This document shows, piece after piece, positions 18,878 through 29,245 of a DNA stretch of 64,000 nt. The first letter of the stretch is position 1, and the number at the start of each line of letters is the position of its first letter. This DNA is from Candidatus Zhuqueibacterota bacterium (lineage in GTDB: Bacteria > Zhuqueibacterota > Zhuqueibacteria > Thermofontimicrobiales > Thermofontimicrobiaceae), in assembly GCA_049322915.1 (NCBI GenBank), contig JBMOPW010000016.1, positions 199,971 through 263,970 on the forward strand, written 5' to 3'. The translations under genes and the position numbers were made by a program. The notes beneath the pieces were generated by a model, which made no database searches, was not told the DNA's origin, and was given only the letters and a program-made list of their open reading frames with translations.

Positions 18878-19379
18878 TTCCTTTCGTTGTTAGTACCCAT
18901 CTGGTTCGTCTATTTCATTGATACCTAAAAGAAGCGATTCGCTTTTCGCTTTCAGCGACAAGAAAAACAGCGTGTTCAAATGGAATTATCCTATCACATG
19001 AGGGGTGAACCCTCACAAATGTTTTTTTTAGTGTTATCAAAGGAGCTGATGGCTGAATGCTGTTCGCTCAATTTAGGTGATAATAATTTTCAGGAAGATA
19101 AAATATGCACCCGACACCACGCTATCGAAAAAGGGAGTCAGGTTAGCGTTTTACGCCGCCACGATGGAAATAGTTCACACAAAATTGAGACATGTGGAAA
19201 TGAACTCCCGTCGATTCATCCTCAGGATAGTGCGTCGATATCGGCTCGGATTTTTATTCATAACTCACTCTTTTCGAAACTTTCGTTTGTCACTCCTGGT
19301 TGTCGTTCGGCTCGCAGCGCGTCTGATACACAGTATTCGCCCGAATGAATCATCGGATGGCGATAGCATGAACCAGGAC

Positions 19380-21935
19380 TCAGGGCCACATGGTGGGGTC
19401 TTCGCTCAATTTTTTTTCAATGCTCAGGATTTTTTGTTTCCATTCTTTCACGGCAAAATTGAGCTGGAAGCCTAACTGAATGAGACAGGTGGCGGTTTCA
19501 AAACCGGCGTCCTGCATGTTTTTTCCGAGCATGGAATCGATCAATTCGGGCAATTTTTCTTTCAATATCGTGAACACAACATTCTGAAGATTTGTCTCAT
19601 TGATTTCGAGCCTGAGATTACGGGTGATCTGCAATATTTCATTCAATTCCCGGCAATTGACGAATTCGGGATTTTCGGAAAGCTGCTTCACCCGTTTTTC
19701 CAGAATCTGATTGAAAATTTTCTCCGGGATTTCTGTGTTGAGTTCAAATCCGAATCGGTCGGCCATTTCCACAATGCCTAGGGCGATTTTATAGAATTTG
19801 CTGTTGAAATCGTGCTGCGACTTCTCGATCTCCCGAACCAGTTGATTGCTCAAAATGAACTCCGCCGGAATCTTCAATTCATCCGGGATGGGAATCCCGA
19901 TCTCTTTCATAGTGAATAGCAGGTCCTTGTTGTCCTCGTAGAGTTTGGAGAACACCTGATGGAAATTTTCCGAGCGATCGCTGAAAATAATCTGGAAGAA
20001 ATCCTCCCGTTCATCATAGAGAACATCTTTCAGGGTGAACTGATTATCGCCCCAATTTTCATGGAGATAGCGATTGAATTGGTGTCGTTTATCGCAAGCC
20101 AGTTTCAGAAAATCCGCTTTGAGTTGATCGAATTTCTTGCCATTATGCAGGTGCTTCACGTAGCAGGCATATTGCAGATGATCGGTTTTATGCAGCAGAT
20201 AGGCGTATTCGCGCCATTCCCTGGTGATGCCGGACCCCACCTGCACGCGGCCTATGGTGCAGGTTTGTCCCCTGGCGGTGATGTCTGTTTTATCCGTCTG
20301 TTTGATCTGGAAATGGTAAATCGAATGGGTGGCGCCGACTGGCTTCACGCTGGAAAGGATGGCAAAATGGTTCACCACGCGGGAAAAAGTGACGATGAAG
20401 GGTCGCACCCGGGTTTCGTACAGTTTCGCGCCATCTTTGTATTCGTGAATATTGCTCTTAGCGTGTTTCAGCCGCGCGAGAACTTTTTTCTCCAATTCGT
20501 CATTGCCAAAATTGCGGGCGATCTCGATTGCCCGGCCGGCGTACTGTAAAATCTGTATGGTCTCCAGTCCTGAGATGTCGTTGAAAAACCAGCCGCAACT
20601 GGTGAACATCAACATGGCGTGGCGCTGCATTTCCATCAGGTTGAAAATTTTCACCCGCTTTTTTTCATCCAGGGCGCCGGCGCCATGCCGATCCAGAAAA
20701 TCCTGCATGGTCGCAGCATCGCGCTGCAGGATGACCTGAATGTATTCGTCGCGGGCGCGCCAGCCATCTTTCAGGCAATCCGCCGCTTCTTTCTCGAACA
20801 GCTCTGCCAAATCATCCCGCAGTTGATTGAGAGCCTCTCTCAAATGAAACCGCCATTTCTGATTCCATTCCGGCGAGCCGCCGGTGTGGCACCCGCAGTC
20901 GCGATACCAGCGCCCTACGCCGTGATAACAGCTCCACGATGTGCCCTCGCCATTGGGACCTTGTTTCAACTCCACTTCCCATTGCGGCGGATTATTCGCC
21001 AGATACTCGCCGTAATTGGTCACCCGGATGCCTCGCCGTTCCGTTTCGTTGTGGAGAAGATAAGCCAGCCCCATGTCGCCGAATGGTTCGTGATGCCCAT
21101 AGGATTCGCCATCGGTGCAGACGGAGACCAGTTGATTATTGGCGGACTGCTGATTGAACGCCGCCTGAATCTGATCGGCAAATTTCCCGGCATCGCGCAG
21201 AAGGTGCTCAAACCCAACGCCGCGGGAGAGCTCCCCGTGATAGAAGAAAATGTCGATGAAACGGGATTTGTCCTTCGCACCCAGGGCATCCAGCAGATAG
21301 CAGCGGTACGGTTGCCGCGTGTCGATGTCGCCGGAAGAGACATCGGTCCACTGATCCTGTCGCGCCGACTGGAGCGGCTGAACCCGATACGCCTGATACG
21401 GCGAAAGAATGAGGTACCTGAATCCGAAGTGATCCAGCGCATCCAGCGTTGCATAATTCACTGCTGTTTCCGGCAGCCAGATCGATTCGGATTTTCGGCC
21501 AAAGCGATGCTCAAAATCTGCCAATCCCCATCGGATCTGGGTGAACGTGTCACGGGTGTTGGCAAGGGGCAAAATGATATGATTGTAAGCCTGGGCAATG
21601 GCATTACCGTGGCCGGAGAAGAGTTCAACGCTTTGTCTATCTGCCTGAATGATCGCCTGGTAAGTTTCGGCGGCATGTTCCTGGAGCCAGCTCAGCAGCG
21701 TTGGCCCATAGTTGTAACTCATTTTTCGATAGTTGCTGACAATGTCTTTGATGCGGTATTCATTATCCAGAATTCGGGAGAAGGCATTGGGAGAATAACA
21801 CTCCGAAGCGATTTTATCATTCCAGTTGTGAAATGGAGCGGCGCTTTCCTGCCGTTCGATGGCTTCAGTCCAGGGATTTTCACGGGGCGGTTGATAGAAG
21901 TGACCGTGAATCGTTAGGAATAAATTGTTTGACAT
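19380..21935 (-). CDS. GH57-family glycoside hydrolase with DUF3536 C-terminal domain
   Basis: IHGHFYQPPRENPW, WLPETA (nucleophile Glu), TDGESYGHH (Asp), SWSCYHGVGRW, MFTSCGWFF. Confidence 0.92.
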   Translation of the reverse strand: MSNNLFLTIHGHFYQPPRENPWTEAIERQESAAPFHNWNDKIASECYSPNAFSRILDNEYRIKDIVSNYRKMSYNYGPTLLSWLQEHAAETYQAIIQADRQSVELFSGHGNAIAQAYNHIILPLANTRDTFTQIRWGLADFEHRFGRKSESIWLPETAVNYATLDALDHFGFRYLILSPYQAYRVQPLQSARQDQWTDVSSGDIDTRQPYRCYLLDALGAKDKSRFIDIFFYHGELSRGVGFEHLLRDAGKFADQIQAAFNQQSANNQLVSVCTDGESYGHHEPFGDMGLAYLLHNETERRGIRVTNYGEYLANNPPQWEVELKQGPNGEGTSWSCYHGVGRWYRDCGCHTGGSPEWNQKWRFHLREALNQLRDDLAELFEKEAADCLKDGWRARDEYIQVILQRDAATMQDFLDRHGAGALDEKKRVKIFNLMEMQRHAMLMFTSCGWFFNDISGLETIQILQYAGRAIEIARNFGNDELEKKVLARLKHAKSNIHEYKDGAKLYETRVRPFIVTFSRVVNHFAILSSVKPVGATHSIYHFQIKQTDKTDITARGQTCTIGRVQVGSGITREWREYAYLLHKTDHLQYACYVKHLHNGKKFDQLKADFLKLACDKRHQFNRYLHENWGDNQFTLKDVLYDEREDFFQIIFSDRSENFHQVFSKLYEDNKDLLFTMKEIGIPIPDELKIPAEFILSNQLVREIEKSQHDFNSKFYKIALGIVEMADRFGFELNTEIPEKIFNQILEKRVKQLSENPEFVNCRELNEILQITRNLRLEINETNLQNVVFTILKEKLPELIDSMLGKNMQDAGFETATCLIQLGFQLNFAVKEWKQKILSIEKKLSEDPTMWP

Positions 21936-22168
21936 TGAATTTGTATGAAGTTCTCTTGTTGAGTCAACTTTTTATTATGGGATAAAGCCCTGATCTCAGG
22001 CATAGACATCTGATAGATTGTATAAAAATCAGCAACGTGGGCCACCATTTTTGCTCTGTTGTTCGTCGGAACTGGCGCTGGCGCCCGTCCACTCCGCGCG
22101 GCGAGAACCGATTCCGGCCTTCGACAGATACGCGCGAAACATGAGCGCACCCTTGGCGCGGGACAGGA

Positions 22169-23584
22169 TCATTTAATTCGAACGAACTCGATCCGCCGGT
22201 TGGCTGCCCGACCGATTGTCGTCGCATTATCAGCGACCGGCTGCAGATGCCCATACCCGATTGCCCTGATTCTCGCCGGATCGATGCCCCGATTGATGAG
22301 ATATTGCCGCACCGCGTGGGCGCGAAGCTCGGACAGTTTTATATTGGAATGTAAATTTCCAGTATTATCCGTGTGCCCCTGAATTTCGATCTCGATCTGC
22401 GGGAAATCGACCAGCGTGTGAAAGACTTCATCCAGTGCGGAAAAGGACGCTGTCGTGAGCATTGCGCTCCCGGAAGGAAAGGTCACTCCATTGAGAACAA
22501 TATTCTTGCCTTTTTCCATGGGCTCCGGCTGGGGTTTTTCATCCGGACACCCATCTTCGTCCAGATAATCGTTGTAATCCTCAGGCCAATTTTTGCACTG
22601 GTCCAGGCTATCGGGAATTCCATCATTGTCATTGTCCGTGTCCGGACAGCCGTCATGGTCTTCAAAATCATCGAAATCTTCCGGCATGAGGGGACACTTG
22701 TCTTTAATATCTTCGATGGTATCCTGATCATTATCAGCGTCGGGTATCCCATCATAATCTTTGAATCCGTCCATATCTTCGGGTTTATTGGGCGCTTTGT
22801 CATCGATATCCGGAATCCCATCGCCGTCATTGTCCTCTTCCGGCGCGCCATCGTTATCCTTGAAGCCATCGAAATCTTCTTTGCGCAGCGGATCGAGATC
22901 AAGTTTATCTTCAATGCCATCCTGGTCGCGATCTCTGAATGCGCCCGGGTAGTAGGTCAACCCGAATCGTAATTCAGCAATGGCGTTATTGGCATCGTCC
23001 CCCATGCCCATTGTATCCTCATCGCCCTTGAGCAATCGATGATAGTTAGCGCCCAAATTGAGAACGATTTCCTGGGTGAAAAAAAATTCGAAGCCAAAAC
23101 CCCCGATCAATGTGAAATTCATGGTGCTGCCGTTCACGCTCGTTCCGCGGGAAAATGTGCTCACTTCGTTGTCCAGCGCACGAATGTCCCAAATTGTAAG
23201 ACCTGCTCCCCAATTGAGATAGGGCCGAACCATGGATTCCGGGAGTAAATTGTAAACGACATTTACATCGACAGGAATGAGGAGTGTTTTGAAACCACCT
23301 CCTGCCGATTCAAATTGTGAGCCATTGGGATCTCTGGGGTAGACCCATCCGTAGGATACGTTGGTGTGGACGGCCAGCGTCGGAGAATAGCCGTAACAAA
23401 ACTGAACGCCGGCCCATTGATCGATCGTTGACCTGTCAATATCACCGCCCACCATTTTCACCGGCCCGGCCATGAGACCGATGCCGTAGCGGTCGGACAG
23501 GTCTTGGGCTAATAGATTTGGAATCAGAGCCGCGTATAAAATGGTGCAGTATAGTGTCAAGTGTTTATTGTAAAGTCGCCTCAT
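22169..23584 (-). CDS. OmpA-family protein (beta-barrel, TSP3-like repeats, peptidoglycan-binding domain)
   Basis: Repeated DxDxDGIxDxxDxCP/EDxDGFxDxDG units; C-terminal IQGHTDN...LSELRA...NRRIEF; GAGGTG RBS before ATG 23584. Confidence 0.92.
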   Translation of the reverse strand: MRRLYNKHLTLYCTILYAALIPNLLAQDLSDRYGIGLMAGPVKMVGGDIDRSTIDQWAGVQFCYGYSPTLAVHTNVSYGWVYPRDPNGSQFESAGGGFKTLLIPVDVNVVYNLLPESMVRPYLNWGAGLTIWDIRALDNEVSTFSRGTSVNGSTMNFTLIGGFGFEFFFTQEIVLNLGANYHRLLKGDEDTMGMGDDANNAIAELRFGLTYYPGAFRDRDQDGIEDKLDLDPLRKEDFDGFKDNDGAPEEDNDGDGIPDIDDKAPNKPEDMDGFKDYDGIPDADNDQDTIEDIKDKCPLMPEDFDDFEDHDGCPDTDNDNDGIPDSLDQCKNWPEDYNDYLDEDGCPDEKPQPEPMEKGKNIVLNGVTFPSGSAMLTTASFSALDEVFHTLVDFPQIEIEIQGHTDNTGNLHSNIKLSELRAHAVRQYLINRGIDPARIRAIGYGHLQPVADNATTIGRAANRRIEFVRIK

Positions 23585-24332
23585 AGCACACCTCACGATT
23601 GAAGACCCGGAAAATTCCACTCAAACTAAAGAAATATTTTGAAATTGTCAAGGTGTTTTTTAAATGTGAACAAATCTTTAACCGGTCTGAAAAAATACTT
23701 TGCAGTCGACGCCATCAATTCCATTCTAACGGCGAGCGTGGATTCAAGCCGGGCGCATTCGTTGCAGCGCTCGATGAAGAATGAAAGTGACCATCGCTGC
23801 CGGGACATACCTGGCTGGCGCTGGAGCCGAATCCTGTGCCAGCCTGCTGTTGAATTTGCTCCGCTATCATGAAAAAGAAAAGTCGCAATTCAGAACAATG
23901 GCCGGTATAATTAATTATCAATTCAATCAGGTGAGCGATTCGGGCAAGGATGAAGAAAAAGCTGTTAGTCTCTGACAACTATTTTTCAGGCTTTTTTTGG
24001 GCAGAAAATTATAGAGAGTACGGATGATGCTGATGATCCGCCAAAAAGATAGCGAACGTTCAGCACGGATCATGCCAAAGGCAGATGCGTCCGTCGGCGC
24101 ATTTACACTGATCAAAAATCCGTGAAGGTCAGCGCGGAACGTCCGCCGAATTTTCAGGAGGATCATCAGCGTTCTATTTCATTTTTGGTTCCGGCTTGTC
24201 CAGGTCAGGGTTATTGTTTAATAAATAATCGCTGAGTTCCTTGTCCCGCAGCACCGAACTGTATCGTTCGTCTATGCGAATACAACGAATTCAGAATAAT
24301 GCACTTGATCCAATGAAAAACGGAAAGGGAAT

Positions 24333-25502
24333 ATGAATCGGTTCAGAGCGGTTGTATCAGGTCTCATTTTTTGCATGACAGCAATTGGATTCGGGGGAGA
24401 ATTTTATCACGGCACCAGAGGGCCATTGAATGTGGTACCGGCATGGAATATCGCCCGGGGCGATGTGACCATTTCCGGGAGTTCCCGGTTTTATTTCAAT
24501 AATAAAACCTATCCCGGTTCGACCGGGCCTGCGGCTGCGGTGACATTCTGGGATATTCAGGGTGGCGCCAATATCGCCTATGGCATCGCGCGAAATTACC
24601 AGGTGGGCATTTCCCAGATCATTTATCAGGATAATCACAAGCCCGGTAAGGGATATAATTTTCCGGATGACCTGTTTTTCGATGTTCGAATCGGTTCGTT
24701 TCCCAATGCACCATCAATGTTGCAGTACGGCGCCCGGGTCATCGCCCGCGTACCTCTGGCGCAATACCACAATGTCCCGTTAGAACCGTATTCCGCCGGA
24801 AAAGTGGAACTTGGCCTGTTCGGATTGCTCTCTTACTCAGCCAACGCGACTCGCCCTGATGATGCGCTCAACGGCCATGTCAACCTGGGAATCATCGACC
24901 ATAACGATAAGGGCGCGAACATCGCTGAAGAATACGGCGTGAATTACGTCAACGAAGGACACAGCCGGGAGCTCTTCGGTGGCTTGGCGCTCATTTTTCC
25001 GACAATTAAATTTGATTTTTCTGCGGAGCTATATGGAAATTACTATATCTCGAAACCTCCGCAAACTGCATTCAGTCGCCACAATTACATCTATGTCACT
25101 CCCGGCATCACCTATAAAGCGAGCCCTTGGGCTGCATTTACATTCGGTTTTGATTTTCGATTGACTTCGAACAAGTCGAACGATAGTTATTATTTGCCAG
25201 GCAGCTCGACCCATTGGTTGCCGACTTTCCCGACGTGGCGGGTGAATTTCAACGTGCGGCTGAATCTGTTCTCGAAAGAGAAAACACTTTTTGCCGAAAA
25301 AGAAAAATCAGCGATGGCGAAGCAGGATGAAAAGAAGGATGTGTACCAGGAGATAGCAACTGAGCGGAAAAAGGTGGAGAACGCGGAAGCTGAATTGGAG
25401 AAGATCAAGGAAGAGCGTCGCCGCATGGATGAGATTTTGGTGCGATTGAGAAAGGCGCTGGAAAATACTGAAAAGCAGGAAGGTCAGAAAGAGAAGAAAT
25501 AG
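24333..25502 (+). CDS. Hypothetical secreted/outer-membrane protein with C-terminal coiled coil
   Basis: Signal peptide, alternating aromatic beta-strands, charged helical tail; RBS AAGGGA. Confidence 0.7.
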   Translation: MNRFRAVVSGLIFCMTAIGFGGEFYHGTRGPLNVVPAWNIARGDVTISGSSRFYFNNKTYPGSTGPAAAVTFWDIQGGANIAYGIARNYQVGISQIIYQDNHKPGKGYNFPDDLFFDVRIGSFPNAPSMLQYGARVIARVPLAQYHNVPLEPYSAGKVELGLFGLLSYSANATRPDDALNGHVNLGIIDHNDKGANIAEEYGVNYVNEGHSRELFGGLALIFPTIKFDFSAELYGNYYISKPPQTAFSRHNYIYVTPGITYKASPWAAFTFGFDFRLTSNKSNDSYYLPGSSTHWLPTFPTWRVNFNVRLNLFSKEKTLFAEKEKSAMAKQDEKKDVYQEIATERKKVENAEAELEKIKEERRRMDEILVRLRKALENTEKQEGQKEKK

Positions 25503-25636
25503 AACTTGGCCAGGGCAATAAAACGCGCACTGGCCGGTTGAAAAGTTTGGTGGTTTTGATGCGATCGTGAAACAGGAAAACCGGATGGGGAGGAGCTGAA
25601 TTCGCCCGTACGTAGTTTCAGCTTCCCCGCATTATG

Positions 25637-25978
25637 TCAACTTTCTTTTTCTTTGGGCACGGATAAATAGGCGTATGCGTTGAACCCGGACATCATTAAA
25701 TCCGCCTCCGGGGACACATTAATGATTTTGACATCGCCCTCTTTGCTTCGAACCTTGGCCGTGGCTTCAATAATGGTGGAGATGAAATTCTGGGATGGAT
25801 CATCGATATTGGTCATATCCAGGATCAGCTTGTAAAATTTATTTTTAAAGCACTTGTTAAAAGCGGCGGTCAAATAGGCCGGAGCCAGCTTTGCACTCAA
25901 CGGTTCGGTGAAACGAATTTTGATGATGGAGCCATCCTGGCCTATTTTTTCCAAAACAATCTTTTGTCCTTTGCCCAT
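25637..25978 (-). CDS. STAS-domain protein (anti-sigma antagonist-like)
   Basis: KLILDMTNI...GDVKIINVSP pattern; AGGAG RBS before MGKGQK. Confidence 0.7.
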   Translation of the reverse strand: MGKGQKIVLEKIGQDGSIIKIRFTEPLSAKLAPAYLTAAFNKCFKNKFYKLILDMTNIDDPSQNFISTIIEATAKVRSKEGDVKIINVSPEADLMMSGFNAYAYLSVPKEKES

Positions 25979-26146
25979 ATCAATGCTCCTTGATGCCCCT
26001 CGCTGCCATTGCATCCCTTAGCAGCAGCCCTTGTAACAGACGAAACTGGCACATCCGATGAACGACCGAAACCGGGCCAATCCCTCCGGATGACGCGCTG
26101 GAATTTTTCCGAAGCCGGATCGTCCGCGAATATCACGCCTTAATTA

Positions 26147-26340
26147 TTGCCTGAACAAAAACTAGTTTTATATTAAACGATAACGAGATTTCCCAGGTTT
26201 ATTTAAATTGACCTCATCCCCTGATCCCTTCTTACCCTGCGGGCGCTACGCCTGGAAGAAGAAGGGGAAAATTGTTTTCTCCCTTTCCGTGTAGGAGAGG
26301 GTCGGGGTGATGTCTATAATAGTAGCTTTCGTTCAACCAC
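26147..26340. mobile_element. MITE-like element with imperfect TIRs enclosing a CCCCT.../...AGAGGG repeat
   Basis: TTGCCTGAACAAAAACTAGTTTTATA vs reverse complement of the right end GTGGTTGAACGAAAGCTACTATTATA (19/26 identical); core CCTCATCCCCTGATCCCTTCT..AGAAGGGG..CTCCCTTTCC..GGAGAGGGTCGGGGTGA. Confidence 0.5.
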
Positions 26341-26346
26341 AAATTA

Positions 26347-27261
26347 TCAGATGAGATGATCCAGGAAAAAACTCAGGATCAACAACAGCCCGGTGAATAA
26401 ATGGTTCAAAATTGTGGTCGCATTTGCCGGGACAAGTTTAATACTATTATCGTAATTTTCCTGAGCAACCTTAATCGATTTCAATGCCAGTGGTAGAGTG
26501 AGCAGCGCGATCAACGAAACAGGCGGCAGCACATCGGTTACGACCGACACGACCACGGTGAAATAGGTGAGCAGAATGATGGCAATATAACCTTTCACTG
26601 CTCGTTCTTTGCCGAAGCGCACGACAAGATGATTCTTTCCGACTGCCTCGTCGGCCCGGGCGTCAGGGAATTCGTTGATGTACAGCACCGCGGCAATGAG
26701 CAGCGCTACCGGCAACGACGACACAATCGGAATCCACGAGAAAGAGCCTGTCTGCGTGTAATACGCTCCCAGCGTCATAAGCACGCCGAAGTTAATGCCG
26801 ATGAGAAGTTCCCCGATACCGCGCGCCACGAGATTCACTCCCGGCGCCACGTAAAACACCGCTGAAAACACACCCAGAATACCGATGGCCAGAACGACCC
26901 AGCCGAATTTATAGGTGAAATACAGTCCGATGAGACTTCCGAGAAACAGAAAAATCAGCGCGCCGACCAGCACTTCTTTGGGCGTCAGCAGTTTGTCCTG
27001 AATCAGACGACTGCCGCCACTGAAGGGTCGCATAAATTCTTCATTGATCTCATCGTTGCGGGATAAGTGGTCGAAATAGTCATTGATCACATTGGCGCCG
27101 GCGTGCAACATCACTGCGCCGACCAGCGTCAACACAAAATGCAGCCAGTGGATCGATTGGGTCATGTGGTAGGCGATGGTTGTTCCCAGAATGACCGGGA
27201 TGAGCGTCGCTGTGAAAAAAGGAGCCCTCACTTCCATGATCCATAACTTCAATTTACTCAT
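26347..27261 (-). CDS. menA: 1,4-dihydroxy-2-naphthoate polyprenyltransferase (UbiA family)
   Basis: RAPFFTA, NVINDYFD, FSGGSRLI, GIGELLI, NEFPDARADEAVGK; multi-TM. Confidence 0.85.
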   Translation of the reverse strand: MSKLKLWIMEVRAPFFTATLIPVILGTTIAYHMTQSIHWLHFVLTLVGAVMLHAGANVINDYFDHLSRNDEINEEFMRPFSGGSRLIQDKLLTPKEVLVGALIFLFLGSLIGLYFTYKFGWVVLAIGILGVFSAVFYVAPGVNLVARGIGELLIGINFGVLMTLGAYYTQTGSFSWIPIVSSLPVALLIAAVLYINEFPDARADEAVGKNHLVVRFGKERAVKGYIAIILLTYFTVVVSVVTDVLPPVSLIALLTLPLALKSIKVAQENYDNSIKLVPANATTILNHLFTGLLLILSFFLDHLI

Positions 27262-27280
27262 ACACTATTTTCTCCTGCTA

Positions 27281-28990
27281 TTATTCAAATAAAATTGCCT
27301 TCACGATATTAAAAATTTTCAGCTTGTTCCGAAGAATGGGCCATTTAATCTCGGCCTCTTCGTTTATAGTGGCGATGCTGTCGCGATCCATATCCAGCCC
27401 CAGATCGCTCAATCGACTCAGGGCGGTTTGTTCGTCGTTGCCGACATAGAATTCGTCGATCGTGCGCATCAACTCCGTTGCCCTGTCGATTCGCGCGATG
27501 ATGTTGTTCAGCGTCTCCTGCGAAATGAGTCCGTGGTTGAATTTAATCTGCGAGAGCCGTTTCCCCGCTTCATAGCTGCTGGCGACGATTTGATCGCGCG
27601 CGAGCCATTGCGTTTCGTAGCTCAGAAAATATTTCCAGCTCGGTTTGAGGAGCGCCAGACGAAAATCTTCCAGCGTCCTGTAAAACAGGGTGTAGCCCAA
27701 TTTATCCGCATGTTCAAAGGCGATGCTGCCCGGATCGAGGAACGGCGCCAGGGGAGAAATGAACGGCGCCAATCGGTTACCGAAATCGGAGAGCAGGTGA
27801 TCGCAGTACTCCACCGTGTCCCTGACCGATTGGGGTGTTTGCAGCGGCAGTCCGATCATGAAAAAAATGTCATATTTTTTACAGCCGCGCTCCAGGGCCC
27901 ATCGGATATTATTTTCGATACCCTCATTGCTGAAGAATTTGCCGCTCTTTTTTCGCACTGCCGGGTCGTGGGATTCCGGAGAAAATTCGATGTTGAAATT
28001 GGAGACGCTGTCCGCCAGCATGTTGAAGAAATGCTCTGAGGCCGGCTCGAAAAATTCGAACACCATTTCGTTCCTGAGCCGCAGTGATTTCAGGCCAGCT
28101 AATACGCGTGCGGCATAGTCCTGGCCCGGTTGATTGATATCGCCAATGATGAAGATGGGGCCATTGGTGAATCGGCTGATCTGCCGCACATCCTCGACAA
28201 TCCGTTCTGCGTCCCGATACGATGGCAAGTCCCGATTGTTGTAAAATTTCATGGCATATTTTGAGCCGCCGCAAATGATGCAATTGTAGCGACAGCCGCG
28301 GCACGTCATCACAGCGGTGATAGGATAGCGCCACCAGTCGTGGATGGCTGTCATGCTCTTGGCGTCAAAATATTTCACGGCCATCTTGAACAGATTTTTG
28401 TAATTATTGGTGAAATTGTTCAGCGCGGCCGGCAGGTATTCGATGGGATTGGAACGAACCTCACTGCTCGAGTCCCGCCAGGTGAGGTTGGGAATGGAAG
28501 CGACATCGCTTTTCGCTTTGATGGCGCGCATCAACCGCAGCAGTGGTTCTTCCGTGGAATCGCCTTTGAGGATGAAATCGACCTGGGGATAGCGAATGAG
28601 CTCCTCGTGAAAATAGGTGGACGAGTAGCCGCCGAAAATCACCGGAATTTCAGGGTGGTACTGCTTGCAGATTCGTGCGATTTCGAGACTGCCCTGAGCA
28701 TGCACCAGCCAGTGCAGATCAATGCCGAACGCGGCCGGCCTGAGTCCGGCAATCATCTTTTCTGCGTCGAAATTTGCATCGTCCAGCATGCGAAAGGCAA
28801 GATTGATGATTCGAACGCCAACGCCGTTCTTCTCCAAATGCTCAGCCATTGAAGAAAATCCCACCGGGTACATCTCGAAAATGGGCGTCGACGGAACCAC
28901 ATCGCTGATTGGGCCGAGTAAGTTGGGGCGCTTTCGAAAATCGTAAATTGCCGGGGCATGAAGCAAAATTAAATCTGGCTTTTTAAACAT
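27281..28990 (-). CDS. B12-binding domain radical SAM protein (class B)
   Basis: Cobalamin-binding N-terminus (GIDLHWLVH, VIFGGYSST, DFILKGD); RGCRYNCIIC; FFMIGLP. N-terminus resembles TIGR04190 from memory (unverified). Confidence 0.9.
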   Translation of the reverse strand: MFKKPDLILLHAPAIYDFRKRPNLLGPISDVVPSTPIFEMYPVGFSSMAEHLEKNGVGVRIINLAFRMLDDANFDAEKMIAGLRPAAFGIDLHWLVHAQGSLEIARICKQYHPEIPVIFGGYSSTYFHEELIRYPQVDFILKGDSTEEPLLRLMRAIKAKSDVASIPNLTWRDSSSEVRSNPIEYLPAALNNFTNNYKNLFKMAVKYFDAKSMTAIHDWWRYPITAVMTCRGCRYNCIICGGSKYAMKFYNNRDLPSYRDAERIVEDVRQISRFTNGPIFIIGDINQPGQDYAARVLAGLKSLRLRNEMVFEFFEPASEHFFNMLADSVSNFNIEFSPESHDPAVRKKSGKFFSNEGIENNIRWALERGCKKYDIFFMIGLPLQTPQSVRDTVEYCDHLLSDFGNRLAPFISPLAPFLDPGSIAFEHADKLGYTLFYRTLEDFRLALLKPSWKYFLSYETQWLARDQIVASSYEAGKRLSQIKFNHGLISQETLNNIIARIDRATELMRTIDEFYVGNDEQTALSRLSDLGLDMDRDSIATINEEAEIKWPILRNKLKIFNIVKAILFE

Positions 28991-29014
28991 GGTACTTTCA
29001 CGGATCAAATATAA

Positions 29015-29245
29015 CTATTCGATTTTGTCGGGCAAAGCCAGCGTGTCCAATTCGCTCAAACGTTTATCCACCAGCCATTGAATCTGCTGGTTGAGTTTGT
29101 TTTCCAGGCGTAAACTCTCAATATCGCTTTTCAATTGCTTGCACGTCTGGTGAATCTCAACTTTGTCGATTGGACGCTGAAAATCGTCCGTGTTCCAGGA
29201 GTGAGTCACAGGACTCCCTGGTGTCGTGCGTCGGTGTCGTGGCAT
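29015..29245 (-). CDS. Small hypothetical protein (76 aa, helical)
   Basis: GAGGA RBS before ATG 29245; ends 24 nt before the radical SAM start. Confidence 0.55.
   Translation of the reverse strand: MPRHRRTTPGSPVTHSWNTDDFQRPIDKVEIHQTCKQLKSDIESLRLENKLNQQIQWLVDKRLSELDTLALPDKIE

Noticed and set aside
18880..19379. 500-nt gap with 122- and 132-aa ORFs; possible riboswitch
   Set aside because: No recognisable protein motif, convincing RBS or RNA motif; only a small TGAGGG/CCCTCA hairpin.
20619..21917. 432-aa plus-strand ORF and similar long antisense ORFs (12758-13690, 17867-18928, 33428-34390, 35321-36406, 45587-46501, 60094-60948)
   Set aside because: Shadows of well-supported genes on the opposite strand; no motifs of their own.
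22550..22935. Periodic repeats inside the OmpA gene as CRISPR or VNTR
   Set aside because: Protein-level TSP3-like Asp-rich repeats; no identical DNA repeats with spacers.
23585..24332. Long divergent intergenic region including TTTGGTTCCGGCTTGTCCAGGTCAGG at about 24184, which looks like a repeat end
   Set aside because: No partner end or second copy in the window; short ORFs unconvincing.
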